This document shows positions 54,168 through 64,000 of a stretch of 64,000 bases of DNA, one piece after another. The translations under genes were made by a program, and so were the position numbers. Below the pieces are notes generated by a model, which worked only from the letters and a program-made list of their open reading frames with translations, searched no databases and had not been told where the DNA came from. The stretch is from Trypanosoma brucei (Eukaryota): the NCBI GenBank assembly GCA_000002445.1, contig CP000070.1, positions 2,112,001 through 2,176,000 on the forward strand, written 5' to 3'. The stretch's first letter is position 1. Each line of letters opens with the position of its first letter.

Positions 54168-57100
54168 TGTGCGCCCAGGGACAAATGTCTCCCGCACTTG
54201 GAATGGAACAGAAACCAAAGGGAGTGCCGTAAAATGGGAGGAGGACAACCCTGGCGAAGAGTTGATTAGTTTCCCCCACGCATGCACGTAAGGAGTAGCG
54301 AGGAATTGTCTGGTCTCGGCGACTCGTCGGGGTGACACGGCGAAAGCAAATGCAATTGCTCGCTTGTGTACGCGCACATCTGTGGGTGCTGTGCGCCAAG
54401 AGGCACGTTCTAGGTCTGACATTTTGATTTTTTTTTTCATATGTGTGTGAAAGTGGGAATAGTTGTCTGTGCCAACTTTCGTTCTCGCTCACTTTACTGT
54501 GTGTGTGTGTGTGTTTTCACTTTTTTTTTGTTAATTTTGCTTGGGGTGAGGGGGGGACGTCCTGCCGTCTACCCCACTACCCTTGTGAAGAATCTTGTTG
54601 GTAACAGTGAGGTTCAACTAGGCGGCTCCGCGCCATGTGCGCTTGCCAGAAGACAAGTAGATAATGTAAAGTGGGAAGTTCTTTTGCTTCTATGTGTGAG
54701 TTTGGGGACTAATTGTGAGTCTGTTGCTGGTTAGCTCGCGTATGAAACAGAGAATGTGGTGATTTCATGCAAACCAACAGCCGTGGTTTCGCCGCATTGG
54801 CCTAGCGCCGCTGTTCCCCCATATTCTCCCTCCCCGTTCCACTGTGCAAACCTTTGTTGCCCTTTTCCTCCTGCGTGCTTACACCCCAGGTTACCCCCTG
54901 GAGAGCGAGATTAGCAGCAGTTGGAAGTACTCTATTTGACCAAACACTTGTTGAGTGATGTTACAGGCAAAACGCGACGTCGATCCGTAAGGACGTGCAT
55001 CAACTACTTTCACGAACCCCACCGCTCGTTGTTTGTCCACTGTGTACCACCTCCTGCTTATAGTATAGTTGATATGTTTCTGTTATGCGGACAATGCAAT
55101 ATGATTTGTGCCAGCCCCTCGATTGGTGCGAGAGCATTTGGGGCACACTAAAACACAAGAACGTTACAAGTGAGTTGTGTGCATCCGATTTGGGCTGCTG
55201 GTGTGTGGTGCACCCGTTCCTCCAATGTCTCGTGCAATCGGCTGCGCTCTTTATCTTTATGGGCTCTGTCAAAAAGAGAGACGTTCCGTCGTGAATGCCT
55301 TATGCCTGGATGTACAGTCATACGTCCCGAGATGCGCACGCATGGTACTTCCACAGTCTCCATTGTAAATGAGACACAGCGGTTGGGATTAATCGCCGAA
55401 GGTGGGACGGATTACTTCTTTTCCGTGATTGTGCATTAAACCTGAGTGCAGAGGGTTAGGATGCCGCTGCCTACGCCGGTCACTCTTAGGAAACTTGGGC
55501 GGACCACCTGACAATTTCTGCGGGTGACTGTCGAGGCCGCTGACCGCAGCCTCGTTGTCGAAAAAAATATGTACCCCATAAAGCAAGCAGCCTCTGTCCG
55601 TATCTCGGAGGATAACAGTCCGATTGGGATCAGTGGCGGCGGGTGGGAGTTGGTTGCCAAAATGGTGTGAATCCTCCCCCTGTGGTGACCACACTTCTGG
55701 AAAGTCGATAATGTGGGGTGACATTCTTGGAGTGTGTGTGTGTGTGTGTGGTTGGCTATAGATCTTTATACTGCTTCCCTGCGGATGGGTGTTGAACATC
55801 GGTTTTTTGGAGGACGTGTATCACCGGCACGATTTCATACCCGGTCGGTAGGAGCTGAAGAATTTGGTATTTGTGAGGCAATAATATTTGCTCCACATGG
55901 GATTCGGATGTTAGTTTTGCCGCACGAATACTCCTTACTTTTGAGGACCTTCGCAATGTTAATATTGTGTTGTCGCATGAGGGGGGGGGTTAAACTTTGG
56001 CTAAGTTTCCTGTTTCACCTATTCCGTTGTCCGGACTCGAATATGTATTTGTGGTGTGTATGCGCGTGATGCAATGGCTGAGAGAAACTGCAAACCTACA
56101 CAAACGCATATATATATATATATATATATACGTAATAAAGCGCTTTCATTGTCCCTCTCCTCGATCTGATGGAACTTGGATTTCTCAGAGGCACAAAACG
56201 GAGAAGGAAGCTACTTGTGTTTCCGATCTAAGCTATTTACTTCAAATTGTCTTCGTTATAGGGGAGTGGAGTTCTCAGGAACGTGTGCGATGGCGTGTCC
56301 GTTCGACACCAGCAATTTTCTTTTTGTTTGGTCGTCTTAATTTTGATGAGACCTGATGGATCTTATCACAAGGTCTTACCGCGTTTTCCCATAGGCGGGA
56401 TCTTTCATGAGCACCGGCCACGATTCCCAAGCGGTTGCTGCCATCTGGATGAGAGGGGGCGGTGGGATTGTGGTTTATTAATTGATGAGGAGGTTGGTTT
56501 TATCCAATGCCATCGTCCTCGGAAGAAAAGCAATGTGTGCCTGAAACTAACAACGCCTCTAGGCGGTGTTCGAGAGGGGGTAACTGGGTGTTGTGTCACC
56601 TCCCGCCACCGATGGGGTGTGCCTTGCATATCAGATCCAACTATTGGGATGCTGTTGTCACGAACGGCACATAATCTGCAAGCGTACAGCTCATGCATCT
56701 ATATATACACGTTGTGTGTACTGTTATTACCCTTTTTGCTGCACAAACATATGTCGTGCTCTAGCTGCCTCGCACTTCAAGGAAGGGAAGGCAATTAGTA
56801 TATAAGAAAGGGGGATGCTGCAGAACCAGCAGTCCGAAAATGAGTGGTGGGAATTGAATAGTCTCCCGCAGGACAACACGGGAAATCAACCGCCTGTTGA
56901 TGGCCATCATTGTCCCATGACGAGGCCGCGAGAAGGGGAGGAAGACATTAGAGCGCAACCGCCGTCACATCGCCAGAAGACTGAGGGCAATGAGCAACCT
57001 CGATGGAAGATGAGCTACGGTGAGGGGGATGCATCACTAACGAAGTGGCTGCGGCGGTTTGCGTAAGGTGGAACCGCGTGTTTCCCCCCTAAAGTCCCCT

Positions 57101-60100
57101 CACGATGCGTGGGTACGTTTGGCATACCTTCTTTTTGTTTTGATTGAGCAATCCTCCCCAGGGGCGAGGGTGGAGGAGAATATGAGAAACCGGGCGTAAA
57201 AGATCTCCATGTGGGGGTTTCCCCTCCCCCGACCTTTTGGGAGTCGCCGCACCGACCGGTACGATTCATTTACCAAACGAAGGCAGTGGACCATTATCCT
57301 CGAGCAGTTAGGCGCTGCATGTCGATGGGGGGGGGGCGAAGACGGAGTACTCGGAGCTGAAGAGTGAAAAAACGAAGTTGTGGACGCGCTTTCGTGTAAA
57401 AAGTGATGCGAAGCCACATAGCGGTGTTACAAGCTCCAGGGCATGTTCCTCTGAAGGAAGGTGATGATGAGGCTCCCTTGACACATAGAGATTAGGGGTG
57501 GGGTTTTTTATATCAATAGAAATTCAGATGAAGTTGGACGACACGCTTCCATGTGGCAGCATAACTGGAAATGTGGAAGCCACATCACGAGCCGGTTCGC
57601 TGCGCATGGGATTATGAATTCCCCTTGAGAAATCGCGTGCCAACTTCGCGATGTTAGCGACATTTTGGGTTTCAGAGATATGAGGGAGTCTGGGGGGATA
57701 TGATGAGGGTGCAATCCGCCATTTGGGCTCACCACAACGAACAGGGTGACTTCTTCTAGTTTTTTTTTGTTATTGAAAGACTGGGGACTAGAAGGTGGTG
57801 TGTCGTTGGCTCGTCTCTGCTTCACTAATTTTTGCGTTACGAGTCGTAGGAGGGGCGCGCGGCTGCATTCCTTGCGAAGGTGAAAGTGTTTATTATCTAT
57901 CTTCCGGAGGATGATCATCATGGCAGGGTTAAATGCCATAATGGTCTGGACATCCATAGGAATTTTAACTATGGTGTCAGAAGAAGGCTTGGAGCGGCGT
58001 GCAACATTTGATATGGCGGACAATATTTGAACCATTCATGGGTGTACTCGGATAATGTTGCGTTACCGTGGTAGTGGTGACAAGTGGAGGAAAAAAAAAA
58101 TTAACACGGAACGATTTATACGCGCGGTGTAGAGACGCTTTCGGGTTAGCTGTGGTGGTGGGCACAGTTCAAAGACATTTACTGCGTGGTATGTACCTTG
58201 AAGGTTTTCCCCTTGGGTAGAAGGAAAAATGAAACAAATGGAAGGGAAAGAGAGAGCACTGCCAACCTCATAGAATATTAATAGCGGGCGGGATGTGTCC
58301 GGAGATCACTTTTGATGTGTCTGGGGGCGGGGGGGAAGGAGAGGGCAACAGCGATGTGGGGATTAAGGAAGCAGGGAAGGGATCAAACTTCTCCTTAGGA
58401 GCGCATGAGGCAATTCCATGTGCAACTTCGAGGCAAACTCGCTACCGTCTTCGTCGACGCAATGATACGAAATCCATCATTCTGTGAAGGGAAAGAGAGC
58501 CAAGAAAATTTGTTTGAGTGTTTAACTGCAGAGATGTAAGCGACCATTTGTAATTAAATAAATCATGGGAAGTGACGTATGAAGATGCCACTGAGCCGTT
58601 GTTTCCCCATTTGTGATGGATGAGATGGTGAAGAATGGGGCGCGACATGTTTCGGTGTCCTACTTCAGTATCTTTGGTGTGTTTTTGGGTGCAATGGAAA
58701 TTTCGTTATCGTTTACGTTTCTGATAAGGTTTTTGCATTACTTGGGCGCACTCAGAAGGACCCTTTCAACAGGATCATCTTGTGATGTGGCAGCTGGTTA
58801 ACGCGTTGCTCACATCGGCTTGCACTTTAAAATATTCTGCTCTACATTTTTTCATGGACATTTCTCCCGCACGTTGCCGGTATATCGTTTAGTTGCCTAC
58901 TGATGCAACCGCATTATTAACGTTTGGACCAAGCGCACTTTCGGATATCTTGTTGCTCTTTTCTTTTCCCGCTTCTCCATGTCTCTTCTTTGTTCCTGCT
59001 TCCAAACCTTGATGATGATCGAAAATTCCTTTCATGTCACCTCCGTTGGTAACCGCGTTGCACTCTGAAGCAGCCTTAATTCCTGTTTATTTTGTCGTTT
59101 TGCGGTGACTGTGCGATCTGCTCATCATCCCTTCACTGCTTATATGTGAGTCTGATGAGCGCAAGGCCTGCGACAAAGAATTTCTGTGAAAGGGACAGTG
59201 ATGGGTTGCATATGTTTGTGGTGTTGTTTACGGCTGTTCTGTGGCAACGTATAGAGGAAGCGGAACTAGTAGAGTTGCGTGTACATTCACTTTTGCTTAA
59301 ATGCATGGCATATGACACCTCGTTGCATCCTTCATCGTTTAGTTTGACTCACTAGCTGTCATTCCTTCATGCCACGCCCATTCACTTTTGAAAATGCATT
59401 TATCTGACTGCCACAACCCTCTGCGAGTTCTGCTGCACAGTTACTCATTCTGCCACATGTCACCGGCGATAAAGGCTTTCTTTTTTTCTTTTTTTACCTT
59501 TTATTTATTTCTTCCGTGTACACAATGAATGTCTCTGTGTGTGTGAGGATGGGGCTAGAAAGGTTGACCCCGTGGTACAAAAGATTTTGTCGTTGATTTT
59601 ATTTAAGTTGGCTGCTGAGAGGACGGAAATCGAGCTCCTCAGAGGTTACAGTTTCCCGCTGAGTGTGCTTGGAGAAGTCTTTACAACGAGATGCAGCAGT
59701 GACAGCACAGTTAAGCACTTATAATTTCAGTGAACCTGAAGGGAGAAAAAAAAAAAAGAAAACATGACAACTGCAATACCGAAGAGCGAAGGATCCACTG
59801 TCTTCTTCAGCGGGGAAGTGGACGAGCCGCGTACAAGCGTGATGGACGCACGACCTTAGCACCTCATGCAGGATAAAGGGTGGTAAAAATGCATATGTAC
59901 GCGTGCATAAGCGTGTGCATGTTTTTTTTTCCTTTCACGCACATTTGCAGCGCGAAGTGTGCAAGATCCTGCCGGGTCATTGGCCTGTTTTTGTTAGGCG
60001 TACAACCCCACACATTTGTTTTTTTCGCTGAACCATGCGCTGCTGCTTGCAACTGCATTGATTCCACACGGAACTTTTAATGGATAATATATATATATAT

Positions 60101-61826
60101 ATATGTTGCGTTTCCTTGTGACTCGTATGGGTTACTTTTGTGGCATCGATTGCACAACGCTTTTAGTCACGAATCCGGCGCGCTTCTCGTGCGGAGATAA
60201 TCTTTTAGCGTGGGACCCATTTTAACGCACACTTAATGGATCTTGGAAACATTACGCATATAAGAGCCGTTGGGACACTCTCTGCGAATATCATTGCAAC
60301 GGAGGTTGGATGGCTGACAAAGACGTTAGATGTGACGTACGCCAATATGTACTCGGTGATGCGTGTGGATTATTGCGGCCTGTCCGTGCAATTTTGCGGT
60401 AAAGTTACTTGCGACTCGTGGACTGGTGCGTGTTTGGGATGTGGAGTTGAAGTCGCTTTCAAACAGAGAATATTTTTGATCAGGCTCTGGCGGAAGCTGC
60501 CAAGTTTGTCGAATGGGGGGGGGGGGGAGAATCGGGACACTTTGCGCTTAGGTTTGATTCCAATAAAATCGCGTTGTAAATAGGGTTGGGAATGCAAGGG
60601 GAGCTAATATTTTGCGGTCAAGTTGAGGGGGATGGGAACAAAATGATGGGAAGCGTTAGGACGAATGAGTTTCAGGGTAAGGAAGGAGGAGAATGTGTTA
60701 TTTCTTTGGTTTCCGCTGGGGGGGGGTTGAGTTTGAGTGGACGTGAGAGCGGCTGAGTTGTTTTGCCGTAGACGTGCTTCCAACTCCCTTAACTAAGGGG
60801 GCCATGGCTGGAACTAGGGTGCATATTTATAACGAATGGGTGGATGGAGCTAGTGGAGATAAACTATAGGATAAAAATAGTGACTTGGCGAGTATCGTAA
60901 CTTTTTTACTCGTTGTCTTTCAGTGGCCCGATCATCAGAGTTTTTCTCAGAAAGATCCCGTTCTAACTCGAAGCTTCGTGATACGGTACGGCATCAGTTA
61001 GCAGTGGATGGGGAGGCCATGCAAACACACCAAAGTGAAGAGGGGAGTGCCACTGGATTGTTGGGGTGATGGTTGCATTTTTGCCCTCCACGTATTATTG
61101 TTTACGTGTTTAATGTCGAAACCACCGTTCCAGGAGTAAAAAAAAAGGGTTTGTCTTAAGTTCCCGTTTCTACCTGCACAACGCTCCCCCTCTTCCAACA
61201 AATTGCGTATTTTTGGAATTATACAGAAACGACGCAGTAATCATGTCATTTTTCTCTCGCAGTGATTGACAGACCAATATCCCACCCTATCCCGTGTAAA
61301 TATGTCCGCCCAGCTCCGTGAGATGGCTGGCTTTTAGGGAGTGAACAGATGGTTGCGTTGCTTGAAGTTTTTTTTTTTTTCCACCCATCGTCCTGTACAT
61401 TCACTGATACCGATACACAAACCGTAAACAGCGTAACCTCCGAGGCACATTGCACGATGGATCTGAATTAGCATCATTATATGATACTTAATTTTGCCGG
61501 CCAAAGGGGAGGATGCTGCACTGTTTACGGCTTGGGTATCGGTATCTGGTTGCTCCCCATTCCCCACTAAAATACGATTTCCCTCCCCCCCCCCCCCGTA
61601 TATCGGATACATAAACAGTAATTCGCTGTTGGTTATTACGTTATTGCCCTTACTTTCTGTCATACGTTGCTGCCGCGAGTACAAGTTTAGCGTGTCTATC
61701 CTCTCGTGCCTTTTCTCTTCACATCCTCATAGGGACTTTGCAGCACCCGCGTGTCTGAATAATCATAAATAACATTATCTTCATTATTATTTTTTGGCGT
61801 CTTCTTATTGATATTTTCATCGACAG

Positions 61827-62795
61827 GTGCTAATGAATCACACTTCGATTCCAGTTATTGATGTGAGCCCTCTGTTTCGTGAAGGTGAACATCGGGTAAT
61901 GGACGTTGCCCAACAAATTGACTGGGCTTGCAGGACGTGGGGTTTCTTTCATGTCGTGGGGCATCCCATTTCCCCTGAACGGATTGGAAAGTTGATGGAA
62001 ATGGCCAAAACGTTCTTCTCGCTTCCACTGGAAGAGAAACTTAAAATTAACATTCAAAAGAGCAAACATCATCGCGGCTACGGGTGCCTTAATGCGGAGA
62101 ATGTTGACCCAACGAAGCCATTTGACTGCAAGGAAACATTTGATATGGGCTGCCACCTCCCTGAGGATCACCCCGATGTCGCAGCTGGGAAACCGTTGCG
62201 TGGACCGAACAATCACCCCACGCAAGTGGGGGGTTGGATGGAATTAATGGAAACACACTATCGCGATATGCGGGACTTTGCCCTCGTTATTCTTCGTGCC
62301 CTTGCACTCGCTATTGGCTTAAGGAAAGACTTTTTCGACAATAAGTTTGATGAGCCATTGAGTGTGTTCCGCATGGTGCATTACCCCGCACAAAAGGAGG
62401 GGTCGCGCCATCCTCTTGTTTGTGGTGAGCATACGGATTATGGTATTATTACATTACTCTACCAAGATTCGGTGGGCGGACTGCAGTTGCGCAATCTGTC
62501 AGATGAGTGGGTGGATGTGGAACCCATCGAAGGAAGTTTTGTTGTGAATATTGGGGACATGATGAATATGTGGAGTAATGGCCGTTACCGTTCTACTGCG
62601 CATCGCGTTCGCTTAACCACAACGGATCGCTACTCCATGCCATATTTCTGCGAGCCCGATCCTTATACTCTTATTGAATGCCTTGATCATTGTCATTCGC
62701 CAAGCAATCCTCCCAAATATCCACCAGTCCGTGCTGTGGATTGGTTGCTGAAGCGTTTCGAGGAAACATATGCCCATCGCAAGGCAAATATGTGA
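61827..62795 (+). CDS. 2-oxoglutarate/Fe(II)-dependent dioxygenase (isopenicillin-N-synthase-like fold; thymine-7-hydroxylase/TLP-like)
   Basis: N-terminal DIOX_N-type region (IPVIDVSPLF...WGFFHVVGHPI). HxD...H iron-binding triad context (GEHTDYGIITLLYQD ... HRVRL) and a 2OG-binding Arg-x-Ser motif (RYSMPYF). 322 aa is typical for this family. Confidence 0.8.
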   Translation: MLMNHTSIPVIDVSPLFREGEHRVMDVAQQIDWACRTWGFFHVVGHPISPERIGKLMEMAKTFFSLPLEEKLKINIQKSKHHRGYGCLNAENVDPTKPFDCKETFDMGCHLPEDHPDVAAGKPLRGPNNHPTQVGGWMELMETHYRDMRDFALVILRALALAIGLRKDFFDNKFDEPLSVFRMVHYPAQKEGSRHPLVCGEHTDYGIITLLYQDSVGGLQLRNLSDEWVDVEPIEGSFVVNIGDMMNMWSNGRYRSTAHRVRLTTTDRYSMPYFCEPDPYTLIECLDHCHSPSNPPKYPPVRAVDWLLKRFEETYAHRKANM

Positions 62796-64000
62796 AGGGG
62801 CGCCAGTGAGTGTATCCCTTACGCGTCTATGCGCTGCGGTGCCATGGCGTTGGTCAATATGGTTACATGAGTGCCGTGTAGGACGATGCCAGTGTGAGCC
62901 AGCGGGATGCTATAAGAATTTGCGTAGCATCTTGCGCTTCAAAGGAAAAGAAAAGGAGGTGAAAAAGATGGTGGCTCGTGGGTCACTTTTCAACTTCTTT
63001 CGTCTTAATTTAAAACATAGGGGGTTTGCTGTAAGGCTCATCCTTTCCTTTCTTCCCTTCACCACTTTTTCTCCCACTTTATTTACTTATACTTTTTTTT
63101 CCTTTTTCAAAATGGGAATAACTTTACTGCAGCGGTTGTTAACGGATTTCAGATGAACGGGGGAGGCGCGGTGTTGTGTCTTGGTTTTGATGTCTGTTCG
63201 CACTTTGGAAGGATAAAGGCACAAAGAAAAAAAAGGGGGACGATAACATTATTATTGCCTTACTTCTTCCTTAAACACCTTTCGGCTATTCTGTTTTGCT
63301 ACTGTTGTTGTTGTTGTTGTTGTTTTTGTCAGTGGTTCTTTGTGGAGCACTCTGGGAGCCCTTTCGTCTAGGGCGGACTCCTTTGCCTTCATCCAGATGT
63401 TCTTGCGGGGTGTTCTCTAACATAAAGAAGAGGAAATAGTAATAGTATGAGAGGGTGGTGGTGGAGGGAAAGGATCTCATCGCTAACGATGACTGTAAGG
63501 TTGGTTCGGTAAGTTGTGCGTGCGCAACGCGTGTCATCATGCAGCATTCAGCCCTCAGATATGTATTGCTCGGTTCGTTGTCCAATGCCATCTTTTAAAA
63601 AGATGTGTGTGTGTGTGTGTGCTTCTCGTGTGATGGAAGCGCTGGTTTGCGCTTTGCCTACTTCGGCCCCATCGGATTCTTACATGCGTGTGGTGCGGGG
63701 GGAGGGGAGACGTTTTAGCGCTGTGCATCAGCACCTTTTAGGAATGTCAAATGCATCCAGCCGCTGGCAAAACTGAGGTTGTGTTTCGTATTTCTGGTCA
63801 CACGATAACTGCACATGTCGCATTCCACACATCAGTTACTTGTTTTGTTTTTTTTTTTCGTCAACCGGTCACGTAATGATCGCTCGTGTAAGGCTGTGGT
63901 GCCCAGCGAAACTACTCCCGAGACTGCTATGGCGGCCGGCGTTTATGCCCGCTTTAGTTTGCGTGAGAAGCGCCATCTGTGTGGAATGGTGGGTCTGCGG

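Noticed and set aside
53680-54492. 270-aa minus-strand ORF overlapping the RING-finger gene (and 53294-53767, 157 aa)
   Set aside because: It is antisense to a CDS with a canonical RING motif and a splice-acceptor context. The composition is Ser/Pro/Ala-rich and non-protein-like, and it lies on the wrong strand for this transcription unit.
56283-58035. ORFs of 171 aa (plus strand) and 175 aa (minus strand) in the 7.6-kb gap
   Set aside because: No recognisable motifs. They are Cys/Trp/His-rich and embedded in GT- and T-rich spacer sequence. Ribosome profiling would be needed to consider them.
1-64000. Searched for CRISPR arrays, rRNA, prokaryotic operon structure and intact transposable elements
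   Set aside because: None found. The sequence architecture is eukaryotic kinetoplastid polycistronic, and the only direct repeats are the ATP synthase alpha duplication and the intragenic 24-nt array.

Overview
This window reads as nuclear DNA from a kinetoplastid, most likely a Trypanosoma brucei-group core chromosome, not a prokaryotic locus. It shows long head-to-tail arrays of intron-less ORFs on one strand, 0.5-5 kb pyrimidine/GT-rich spacers, (CA)n/(GT)n/(TA)n microsatellites and long G or C homopolymers. The gene content is diagnostic. Positions ~740-47073 form one minus-strand polycistronic unit. It contains a Q/P-rich multipass membrane protein, a hypothetical protein, an MSP/VAP-like tail-anchored protein, the CDC2-related kinase CRK2 (PSTAVRE motif plus N-terminal extension) and an Sm/LSm protein. 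Next come a ~2200-aa hyper-repetitive acidic protein (AEEEAR[LIFV][KR] octads with interspersed 39-aa modules), an MDR-family enoyl reductase and two nucleotide-identical tandem copies of mitochondrial F1-ATP synthase alpha. The unit ends with a NOG2/GNL2 nucleolar GTPase, a divergent SKP1-like protein, a receptor-type adenylate cyclase (GRESAG4 family) and a trans-sialidase-family gene. At ~47.1-53.3 kb transcription diverges (divergent strand-switch region with a GC-rich island and a G15 tract). A plus-strand unit follows with a RING-finger protein and a 2OG-Fe(II) dioxygenase (thymine-hydroxylase/TLP-like). From memory this gene order matches T. brucei chromosome 7 (CRK2 ... 2x ATPase alpha ... 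GRESAG4, trans-sialidase, TLP-like oxygenase), but I cannot verify that without a search. I found no rRNA, convincing tRNA, CRISPR or intact mobile element. The points most worth a second look are the hierarchical ER/K repeat protein, the pattern of identity between the two ATP synthase alpha copies (identical CDS and proximal 3' flank, different UTRs), the strand-switch region, and three unusually long ORF-free stretches (30.3-35.5, 39.1-44.6, 54.2-61.8 kb). The first of these carries a GC-rich block that may be a decayed pseudogene or retroelement relic. Every product call comes from reading motifs in the supplied translations, not from database searches.
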